Source: [Mycobacterium] holstebronense (GTDB lineage Bacteria; Actinomycetota; Actinomycetes; Mycobacteriales; Mycobacteriaceae). Taken from it: DNA of 32,000 nucleotides. This document shows positions 16,850 through 26,400 of this stretch, piece after piece; position 1 is the stretch's first letter, and every line of letters starts with the position of its first letter. Where the stretch lies: positions 4,459,230 to 4,491,229 of the forward strand of contig NZ_OY726398.1 of assembly GCF_963378105.1 (NCBI RefSeq). Direction: 5' to 3'. The notes under the pieces are model-generated. The model was not told the DNA's origin, did not search any database, and saw only the letters and a program-made list of their open reading frames with translations. Both the position numbers and the translations under genes were made by a program.

Positions 16850-17046
16850 AGCCAGTGATTGTATTGCAGTGCAGCGAGATCTTCGAATTGAAAACCGAGT
16901 ACTGGGACAAATCGGATTGCGGCACCTGAGAAATACGTTGCTCTGCTGCATCCGACGCGTGCGCAGTCGTGCTTCTTGCTCCAGATCGTAAGCGCGGCTA
17001 TGTCTTTCGGAACACCCGCAGTCGGTCGGCTAGTTCCGATAGACGC

Positions 17047-17092
17047 CACAAAAGAAACACCCCGCACATTCGTGCGGGGTGTTTCTTTTGTG
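17047..17092 (-). terminator. Perfect 21-bp stem / 4-nt loop hairpin immediately downstream of the 17105-19609 gene
   Basis: The stem arms are 17047-17067 (CACAAAAGAAACACCCCGCAC) and 17072-17092 (GTGCGGGGTGTTTCTTTTGTG), with loop ATTC. The hairpin lies 13 nt after the TAG at 17105-17107 in a locally low-GC spacer. Confidence 0.6.
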
Positions 17093-17104
17093 TTGTCGGG
17101 ACTG

Positions 17105-19609
17105 CTACGGCTGGCCGACGGGCGGCTCCGGAGCGGTACCCGGGGTACCGGCCTGGCCGGGGGCACCGTCGCTCTCAGCATCCGGGCCCACGCCACCGGC
17201 GCCGCCGTCGCCACCGGCGCCTCCCACGCCGTCAGCACCCGGGGTGTCACCGGCGCCACCGTTGAGGCCATCATCACCCAGCGCCGGGGTGACGACATCG
17301 CCACCGTTACCGCCGTTGCCGGCATTGCCGCCCTGGACCTCACCCGCGCCACCAGCGCCGCCGTCGCCACCAGCGCCACCCTGGACGCCGTCGATCGGGC
17401 CAGAGGTGTTCGGGAGGTTAAGCACAGCGTTCGGGTCGCCCCAGCGGATGTCGCCGCCGGCGCCGCCGTTACCACCGACACCGCCGTTACCGCCGACGCC
17501 GCCGGTGCCGTCGGTGTTCGCCAAACCTGCGCCACCGGCACCACCGTCGCCGGCCTCGCCACCGTTGGAACCAACGGCATTGAGGTCGTTACCACCGTTG
17601 CCGCCGGCACCACCGTTACCACCGGTGGCACCGCTGCCGCCGGCCCCACCGGCGCCACCGGCACCGGTGACATTGCCTGGCGACCCCACCGGGTTCTCAA
17701 CGGCAACAGCGGAAGTGATGTCGGGTGTGTCGCCACCGTTACCGCCGGCACCACCGTTGCCGCCATCGCCGATCTGGCCATCGCTGCCGTTTGTCGCTCC
17801 GAGGCCAGCAGCGCCACCGTCGCCACCTGCACCACCGGCACCACCGTTGCCGGAGCCGCTGAAGCCATGGATGCCGCCGTTCTCGCCATGAATCCCGAAG
17901 CCGCTGACCCCGCCGTCACCGCCGACAGCACCGCTGCCGCCGAGACCACCGTTGCCGCCGTTGCCGGTCTGGCCACCGCCATTACCACCGGCTCCACCGG
18001 AACCACCGGCACCACCGTTCTCACCATTGCCGGCCGGACCGCCGTCACCGCCGGCATCGGGTTCCACCGTTCCATCGGCACCGTTGGCGCCGGCAGTGCC
18101 GTTACCGCCGTTACCGCCGTTGGCGCCGTCAGCGTCCACACCCGCGGCACCTGCGTTGGCGCCAGCACCACCGGCCGCACCACCGGCCGCGGCCGCACCG
18201 CCGTTACCGCCCGCGCCACCGTTACCGGCGTTACCGCCAGTCCCAACGCCGTCCGCGCCGACGCCGCCGACACCACCGAGCCCGCCGTTTCCGCCGACGC
18301 CACCGTCGCCGTTGGCACCAACCACACCATCGACCGAGCCCTTACCGGCCGCGCCACCGACACCACCGACACCACCGATCGCGCCGGCGCCACCATTACC
18401 ACCGGTACCGCCGTCGCCATCGCCATTATTGGCGAAGCTGCCCTCGGCGCCGGCGATACCGGCACCACCGTTGCCGCCGGCACCACCGACGCCGGCCGCG
18501 CCACCGTTACCTGCGACGCCCACGGTGTGAACACCGAAGAACCCACCGCGGCCACCGTTACCGCCGACACCACCGTTACCGCCGACACCACCGTTACCGG
18601 CGTTGCCGCCGTTGCCGTCCTGGGTGTCCGCGCCTGCAGCCCCGTTACCACCGATGCCACCGACGCCACCGACGCCACCGGTACCACCGGCACCGGAGTT
18701 GCCGAAGAGGCCGGCCACACCGCCGTTACCGCCCGCGCCACCGTTACCGGCCGTCCCGCCAGCCAGGCCGACGCCACCCGCGGCACCGGTACCGCCGGTA
18801 CCGCCGGTGCCACCCGCGCCACCGTTGCCGATCAGGAAGCCACCGTTACCACCGACACCACCGGCGAAACCAATCACTCCGATGTCGCCGATGCCGCCCT
18901 GGCCACCGGCGCCACCGTTGCCCATGAAGAAGCCGCCGGCGCCGCCGTCGCCACCGAGGCCGAAGAAGCTGCCGCCGTCGCCACCGTTGCCGATGAGGCC
19001 CGCGTTGCCACCGTCAAGGTTGAAGGTGGTCGAAGCGAACTCGTAGGTGCCGTTCTCGATGTCAGCCAGGGTGACCGCGTTACCACCGTCCATCAGGACC
19101 GCGCCGTTGGCGCCGATCACGTCACCCTCGGCGTTGACAAACGCGCCGCTACCGCCGTCGCCGAACAGGAAGCCACCACCGGATGCAGCGTGGTAGACCA
19201 GGTCGCCGTCACCGTTGATGCTGACGTAGGCACTGTCGCCGTTGTCGAAAATGCCGTCGAGTCGCAGACCACTGTCGATCAGGAACTGACCGATGCCGTA
19301 AATCGGCTGGTAGATGACCAGATTGAGGGTGTTCGCTACGAGCGCGTTGAGGTCGTCCAGCGGGGTGGTGGCCGCCGAGCCGGCCACGTCGCCATCGAAC
19401 GCGCCAAAGCCGGACCAGTCAAACCCCGACGTGTCGGCCGACGGCAGCTCGATCCAGCTGAACAGGTCACCAAAGTCGAAATCGGCGCTAGCCGGCGCCG
19501 CCATGATCGGCGTCATGCCAAAGGCCAGGAAGGCGCCCACGGCACTGGTAGCGCCCACGACGCGGCTCACTTTGCGTTTGCCGTTCTTGTCAGCGAAGCG
19601 GTAAGACAT
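17105..19609 (-). CDS. Signal-peptide PGRS-type glycine-rich protein (no PE domain)
   Basis: The 834-aa protein has GAGGGG (19615-19620) 5 nt upstream of ATG 19609. The N-terminus is [42 protein letters not shown]|DFDFG. A non-repeat region of about 190 aa is followed by GGAGG/GGNGG/GGTGG repeats, ending ...[12 protein letters not shown]. Confidence 0.85.
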   Translation of the reverse strand: MSYRFADKNGKRKVSRVVGATSAVGAFLAFGMTPIMAAPASADFDFGDLFSWIELPSADTSGFDWSGFGAFDGDVAGSAATTPLDDLNALVANTLNLVIYQPIYGIGQFLIDSGLRLDGIFDNGDSAYVSINGDGDLVYHAASGGGFLFGDGGSGAFVNAEGDVIGANGAVLMDGGNAVTLADIENGTYEFASTTFNLDGGNAGLIGNGGDGGSFFGLGGDGGAGGFFMGNGGAGGQGGIGDIGVIGFAGGVGGNGGFLIGNGGAGGTGGTGGTGAAGGVGLAGGTAGNGGAGGNGGVAGLFGNSGAGGTGGVGGVGGIGGNGAAGADTQDGNGGNAGNGGVGGNGGVGGNGGRGGFFGVHTVGVAGNGGAAGVGGAGGNGGAGIAGAEGSFANNGDGDGGTGGNGGAGAIGGVGGVGGAAGKGSVDGVVGANGDGGVGGNGGLGGVGGVGADGVGTGGNAGNGGAGGNGGAAAAGGAAGGAGANAGAAGVDADGANGGNGGNGTAGANGADGTVEPDAGGDGGPAGNGENGGAGGSGGAGGNGGGQTGNGGNGGLGGSGAVGGDGGVSGFGIHGENGGIHGFSGSGNGGAGGAGGDGGAAGLGATNGSDGQIGDGGNGGAGGNGGDTPDITSAVAVENPVGSPGNVTGAGGAGGAGGSGATGGNGGAGGNGGNDLNAVGSNGGEAGDGGAGGAGLANTDGTGGVGGNGGVGGNGGAGGDIRWGDPNAVLNLPNTSGPIDGVQGGAGGDGGAGGAGEVQGGNAGNGGNGGDVVTPALGDDGLNGGAGDTPGADGVGGAGGDGGAGGVGPDAESDGAPGQAGTPGTAPEPPVGQP

Positions 19610-19966
19610 GGATTCCCCTCAGATGGATTGACTGGTCACAGTTGACGACGACGTAAGTAACTTAGCCAGCGTTAAGCTAACAGAAGTGTGATGGGCCGGC
19701 AAACGTATGCACATAATTGCTGAGAAATTTTTTAGGCAAGTCACCTGACCAGCAATTGAGCTGCAGAACCCCGCCCCAGGTAGTGAGGCTCTCCCGGCCA
19801 TCAACCCGGAGCTGGCCGACCGGATCCGTTGCCCCGAGGCGCCGGCTGTGCTTTTTATCAGACTGACGGGAACAGCGCCTGCTCACTTCGTCACACAGCG
19901 CGCCGCGGCGCCGGTGGGCCTGAGACCGGCAGGATCCCGCTCCCGGGCCCTGATTAGGCTTCCCGG

Positions 19967-20377
19967 GTGGATGAGACGAGCAGCGGTCCTTTGCGCCTGT
20001 CGACACAGGTGTGGCGTTTCCTGCTGACCGGGGCACTGTCGGCGGTGGTGGACTTCGGCCTATACCTGGTGCTGTACCTGGGGGCAGGCGTGCCGGTCGA
20101 CATCGCCAAGGCAGGCAGCTTCATCGCCGGCACCACCACCGCGTACCTGATCAACCGGCGGTGGACGTTCCAGTCCACGGCGCACGCCGGGCGGTTCATC
20201 GCGGTGATGGCGCTGTATGCGCTGACGTTCGCGGCCCAGGTGGGGATCAACCACCTGGTGCTGGAGCTGCTGGATTACCAGCGGTGGGCGCTGCCGGTGG
20301 CGTTCGTGGCGGCGCAGGGCACCGCGACCGTGATCAACTTCGTGGTGCAGCGGACGCTGATCTTCCGGGCGGGCTGA
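19967..20377 (+). CDS. GtrA-family small membrane protein (Rv3789 orthologue)
   Basis: The sequence ...[56 protein letters not shown]...[15 protein letters not shown] matches the GtrA signature. The start is GTG 19967 or, by length comparison with the 121-aa Rv3789, GTG 20009. Confidence 0.85.
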   Translation: MDETSSGPLRLSTQVWRFLLTGALSAVVDFGLYLVLYLGAGVPVDIAKAGSFIAGTTTAYLINRRWTFQSTAHAGRFIAVMALYALTFAAQVGINHLVLELLDYQRWALPVAFVAAQGTATVINFVVQRTLIFRAG

Positions 20378-20381
20378 CTAA

Positions 20382-20431
20382 AGAAGGGCCCCGGTTGGAG
20401 CGCCTTTCGGCGGCCCGACCGGGGCCCTTCT
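20382..20431. terminator. 14-bp perfect stem hairpin between the convergent gtrA-like gene and the giant glycine-rich gene
   Basis: AGAAGGGCCCCGGT (20382-20395) pairs with ACCGGGGCCCTTCT (20418-20431). The 22-nt loop contains an inner CGCC-TTTC-GGCG stem. There is no U-tract, which is common for mycobacterial terminators. Confidence 0.5.
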
Positions 20432-20446
20432 CACGTGATGCCGCGG

Positions 20447-23400
20447 CTATATCCCCGGCTGGTTCGCCCCGTTCACCCCGGGAGCGTCCACACCGGACAC
20501 CTGGTCACCGTATTGGATCACCAGGTTGGTGTCTTCGCCGTTCCCGCCGACGTAGCCACTTCCGGTTCCGCTACCGCCGTTGCCGCCGGTGGAGCTGGAA
20601 TCAGTGACCGTCGATGCGGTACCGGCTCCGTCGTTGCCGTAGGCACCCAGCCGGGCCTGGCCACCGTCGCCACCTTCGCCGCCGTCGATGCCATCGCCGC
20701 CACGACCACCCACAGACGTTCCGTCGGCGACGTTGCCGATGTCACCACCGGTGACGATGCTCGCCTTGCCGCCGTCGCCGCCCTGGCTGTTCGCACCCGT
20801 AGCGTCACCGCCGGCACCGCCGGTGGACGTGCCGCTGGACATGCCTCCCGGTCCACCGCCAAGCCCGCCGTTGGTCAGCTTGGAGCTCTGGATGACCGAA
20901 CTACCGCCGTCACCGCCCTGGCTGTTGGCGCCGGTCGCGTTTCCGCCGGCACCACCGGTGGAGTGGCCGTAGCTGATACCGCCGACAGCGCTGGTCGCCG
21001 AGGCGTCACCGGACTCCAACTCACCCCAGCTGCCCTTGCCACCGGTGCCACCGTCGGTGCCGTCGCCGCCGCGGCCGCCCTGGGCGATCGCGTCGTAGCC
21101 GCGGTAGCCGATCGATCCGCCCGGGTTGTCGACCACCAGGTAGCCCGCGCCACCGTCACCGCCGATGCCGTTGTCGCCGGTACCGCCTTCGCCGCCGAGG
21201 GCTTGTGCGGTGGTGATCATCGAGTCGGTGCCGGTAGCCGAAGCAACCGCTTCACCACCGGCGCCACCCTGGCCGCCGTTGGCTGCACTGCCACCGTCAC
21301 CGCCGACGACCTCGACATCGTGGATCTTGGCCCCATCGGTGGCGGCGATGGCGGCGTCGCCACCGTCCGCGGTAGCGCTGCCGCTGCCGCCGGTTACCGA
21401 ACTCTCGGTGATCCAACCGCCGCTGGACGCAGTGGCCGTGGCGTTTCCAGCGCCGCCATCGGCTCCCACCTCCCCCGCTTGGGCGGTCACACCAGCAATG
21501 GTGCTGTTCGCACCGTCAGCGGTGATAGCAGCACTGCCGCCGCTGACGCCTGCTCCAGCGTCGGTTCCAGTGGCGCGACTGCCGGAGATCAAGCCGCCAT
21601 AGGTGGCCTGCACCAGACCGCTGCCGCCTGCTGCGCCGGCCGCACCGTCGCCGCCGGTAGCACTGCTGTTGTAGATGTTGATGCCTGCATCCGCCGGGTC
21701 AGAGCCATTGCTGGTGTGGCCGATCCGGCCCTCACCACCGGCACCACCGTTGACGCCATTGGCACTGTCGCCGCCGTTACCACCGGTCGCCGACCCGTTG
21801 GTGATGCTGCCGCCGTAGCCACCGGAGCTGATCCGGCCGGTACCACCGGCACCACCGGTGTGGCCGACGCCGCTTTCGGTGGTACCCGTACCGCCGTTGC
21901 CACCGTGGGCCGTACCGGTGACGGTGCCACCGCCACCGCTTTGCATGTCAGCACGGATCTGAGCGTCACCGCCGATACCACCGGTGCTGCCGTAGCCAAC
22001 ACCGTCGCCACCGTTGCCGTTGGTGGCTTGACCGCCGGCGTGAGCATCTGCACCGAAGGCGCCCACCTGCGCGTAGAAGGTGTAACTACCGCCCTTGCCG
22101 CCATCGAGACCGTCACCACCGTTACCGCCGGTGACAACAGTGTCCGCGTCCACGGTGGCACCGTCACCGGCGGCGTAAATCCGTCCACCGGAAGCATTTC
22201 CACCGATCCCACCGTGACCCGAGTTGTCCGCGGTGGCGTTACCGCCCGTACCGCCGTAGATGGTGCCGGCAGCCGAACCACCGTCTTGGTAGTACGAGCC
22301 GGTAGCGATACGGGCCGAACCGCCCAGACCACCCACACTGCCGCCGCCGGTTCCGTCACCGCCAACACCGGCCAACGCCTTACCCGTCACATCCCCACCA
22401 AGGTGGGCAGTGTGGTCGTTGGTCTGGTAGATGGTCCACAGCTCCGAGTAACCGCCGGCGCCACCCTTGCCGCCGTCGAACCCGTCACCGCCGTTGCCAC
22501 CGATGGCCTGCGCGTCGTGGACGCTGCCATCCAATTGCGAGGCCACCGACGCATACCCGCCAGCGCCACCCGTACCACCGTTGCCGTCACCGACGCCGGC
22601 GTTACCACCGGTCACGGTCACATTGGTGACGTCGCCACCCAACCGATCCGCCGTCCCGTTATCCGCCGCCGACGGCAGTGTCCCGCCAGCCATGATGTTG
22701 GCCGCACCACCGGCAGCACTATCCGAACCATCACCACCAGTCACGTGGCTGTTGTCGACGTTGCTGGAGTCAGTGGCCACCAGTGATGCGTTGCCACCCA
22801 GCGCGCTTCCGCCGGCACCGCCGTCACCACCGGTGACAGAGCTGTTCGAAACGGAGCTGCCCGAGGAGACGGTCGCCGTGGCCGAACCACCAGCACCGTT
22901 CACACCACCGTTACCGCCATCAACATCAAGACCGTTGACGGTGCCGCCGGTGACCGTGACGGTGGCACCGCCACCGGCCCCGGTGCCCGTACCGGCGTTA
23001 CCACCGGTGAGGTGAGCGTCGGTGACATTTCCGCCGCCGGTCACAGTCAAGCCACCCGAACCACCCAGCGTGGTACCGGTGCTCTCCCCAGCGGTCACCG
23101 AACTGTCAGCGACATGACCACCATCCGTGGTGATCCGCGCCCCCGGACCCTGCTGAGTACCGGCGCTGTTACCACCGGTGACCTGGCTGTTGGTGATGGT
23201 GTCACCCTCACCCCGGGCGATGATCACCGTGTCAGAGGTCACCCGGCCAGCGGCCCCAGGAACCCCGGCACCACCGTCACCACCGGTAGCAGTCACGCCG
23301 GTAACCGATGAGTCCTTACCGAGGGCCTGAACATAGGTGTAACCACCCTGACCGCCCAGGGCCCCGGCACCGGTGCCATCACCACCATCACCAGCGGTCA

Positions 23401-26400
23401 CCGTGCCGTTAGCCGTGGCGCCCTCATTGAGCGCCCCGACCTGGCCGGTAAAGCCCCGACCGCCGGTGCCGCCATCAATACCGTCACCACCGTTACCGCC
23501 GTGGGCAGTACCACTGGCCTGCGCACCAGCGCCACCAGCGACGACGCTGCCGGTATTGCCGACACCACCCGTGCTGCCAGCCCCGACCGCGTTACCACCG
23601 GCACCACCGGTCGCCACACCCTGCGCGGTACCACCATTGCCACCCAGGCCGCCACTGGCGAAAGCCCCTTGGATGTTGGCGCTGCCACCGTTACCACCCG
23701 TGCTGCCCACACCGGTTCCCGTACCACCGTTACCGGCAGTGGCCGAGCCGTAGGCAGTTCCGTCCTGGCCCGCGGTGACCTGCGCGTAGCTGCCGTTACC
23801 ACCGGTACCGCCATCGAAACCAGCACCACCGGCACCACCCTGGACCACCGTGTCCACATTCGCGTCACCGACCGTGCCGCCGTTGCCGACGAAGGCGTAT
23901 GCATTGTTGCCATTACCGCCATGGCCACCGTTCTCGCCTGCACCACCGGCACCGCCGATGGCGTGCACCTGGTCCGGGTCACCGGCAATACCCACCGTGC
24001 CATCCGGGGCCCGGACGATAGCGACACCACCCGTGCCGCCGGTGCTGCCAGTGCCATCCGCGGCACCACCGACACCACCGGTGGCATTACCCGAGGCGTG
24101 GTCATCGTTGCCGACGATCACACCCGCATCGGTGATCCCGGCGTCAACAAAGGCATTACCACCGGCACCCGCCTTGCCACCGGCCGTACCAGCACCGCCA
24201 TCACCGCCGCGGGCAGTGCCCTCCGCCGTGGTCTGAGCACCGCCAGCCATCACCCGCGCCGCACCACCAGCACCACCGATACCGCCATTGGCATCGCCGG
24301 AGCCACCATCACCACCAATCGCGTGGCCGTTGGTAACCGCACCACCCTGCTGAGCGGTCACAGTGGCGTTACCACCGGTGGAGCCGATACCGCCGCTGCC
24401 CGCAATGCCGCCAACCGCGGAACTGCCCGCCACGGTGGACCCCAAGCCATCAGCGGTGACGTCAGCTGCCCCGCCGGCCACACCGTTGACACTGTCACCA
24501 GCAGTGGCGATGCCATTGCTGATCACGCCACCATCGGTGGCGCTGATCGTGCCGGTGCTGCCGGCCGCGCCCGCCGCACCATTCGCGGCAGCAGTGGCGT
24601 TAGAGCCGTTACCGCCGTCACCACCGGTGGCCGCGCCACCGGCTGTGCCGCCGTCGGCGACCACCGTCGCGGCACCACCGACTCCGCCGGCACCACCGAT
24701 CCTGTTGGTGCTGAAGCCGTCACCGCCGTTACCACCCGTGCCGCCGGTAGCCGAAGTGGTGTCATCACCATTGACGTCGACGGTGTTGGTCACGGTGCCA
24801 CCGTTGTGCGCCTCGATCGAGGCGGCACCACCGTTTCCTCCGATACCACCGTTAGCGGTGGCGCCGATATTGCCGACGACGCCGCCAGCACCACCGGTCG
24901 CGGTCCCGCCCGCCACAGTGCTCGCACCATCAGCCGAGACCGTCGCCGCACCACCATTTCCAGCGGCGGCGGTAGCCAAACCACCCGTCGCCCCGGCGCC
25001 ACCGATGGCCGTACCCGACGCTGAGCTGGTGTCCGAAGCCGTCACCGTCGCGGCGCCGCCCTTGCCACCGACCCCGCCGGCCTTAACCAACGACGCCTCA
25101 CCGCCATCGCCACCGCGACCACCAGTAGCCGCACCACCGGCGGTCCCACCGTTAGCCGTGATCCGGCCATCTGCCCCAGCACCACCGGCGCCACCGTTGA
25201 AAGCCGTGGTGGCGTCGCCGCCGTCACCACCAGCACCACCGGTAGCCGCACCACTGGCCGTACCACCGTCAGCAATCACAGAGGCGTTACCGGCCAGACC
25301 ACCGGCACCACCGGCCTTGCCACCGATGGCCTCGCCGCCGCTACCACCATTACCGCCGGTAGCCGTGGTGGCGCTGGTTACGGTGCCACCGTTGTGCGCC
25401 TCAATGAACGCAGCACCACCGTTTTGGCCCTTGACACCATTGCCACCGGTACCGCCGTCGCCGCCGGTCGCGGTACCACCCAGCACGGTGCTATTGCCGT
25501 CTGCAGAGATGGCGGCCGCACCACCAGCACCGACAGAGCTGCCAGTCAGGCCGCCCATAGCACCCGCACCACCGATCGCCGTACCGGTAGCGGTGCTGGT
25601 GTCCGCTGACGTGACAGTCGCAGCTGCGCCCGCACCACCGGTACTGCCAGCCTTGTCGACACTGGCGTCACCACCGGTACCACCGGCACCACCGGACGCC
25701 GAGCCACCGGCCGTCCCACCCGTGGCCGTGATGCTGCCAGCACCGCCGACACCACCGTTACCACCGACACCGCCGGTGTTGGCATTGCCACCGCCACCCC
25801 CGACACCACCGGAAGCCGCACCGCTGGCCGTGCCACCGTCAGCAGTAATAGTGGCCTTGCCGCCGGCCGCGCCGTTACCGCCGGCAAAGCCAGCAGCCCC
25901 TTGCCCGCTACTGCCGCCGGCACCACCGACAGCCGTGGTGCCGTCCGTGTTGGTGACAGTGCCACCGTTACGCGCCTCAATGGTCGCCGCACCACCGGCC
26001 GCGCCCCGGCCATCACCGCCATTGCCACCGGCACCGCCGATGGCCGTACCACCCTGCACCGAGCTGGCCGCACCGTCAGCAGAGATCGTCGCCGCACCAC
26101 CGCTACCGGCAGTGTTGCCCGTCACGCCGGCCGTACCACCAGCACCACCGATCGCCGTACCGCTGGCACTACCGCCCGCTGACGCCTTGACCTCCCCGAC
26201 ACCCCCGGCAACACCGTTAGCGCCGGCCTTGTCGACACTGGCATCACCGCCGTCACCGCCAGCACCACCGGTGGCCGTGCCGTGGACCGTGCCACCATCG
26301 GCCGTGAGCCTGCCAATGGCGCCGGTAGCGCCGTTGCCGCCCGCGCCGCCGGCGTCGCCCGCGCCACCGTCGCCGCCGACGCCGCCGGTGGCCACACCGG

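Noticed and set aside
16035-16991. 318-aa plus-strand ORF opposite the small membrane protein
   Set aside because: The translation is Ser/Pro/Arg-rich and overlaps the end of vapC. The minus frame has a C-rich third position and coherent hydrophobic segments.
17105-19609. Tat (twin-arginine) export for the 834-aa leader-PGRS protein
   Set aside because: Its n-region is KRKVSR with no RR pair. Only the partial paralogue at 1-588 has an S-R-R motif, and even that is a weak match to the Tat consensus.
16780-19645. Alternative frames across the leader-PGRS gene (680-aa minus-strand ORF, 889-aa and 270-aa plus-strand ORFs)
   Set aside because: Gly-codon repeats read as Ala/Thr/Val-rich or Pro-rich ORFs in the other frames. 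Only the 17105-19609 frame has an SD, a signal peptide and a defined stop followed by a hairpin.
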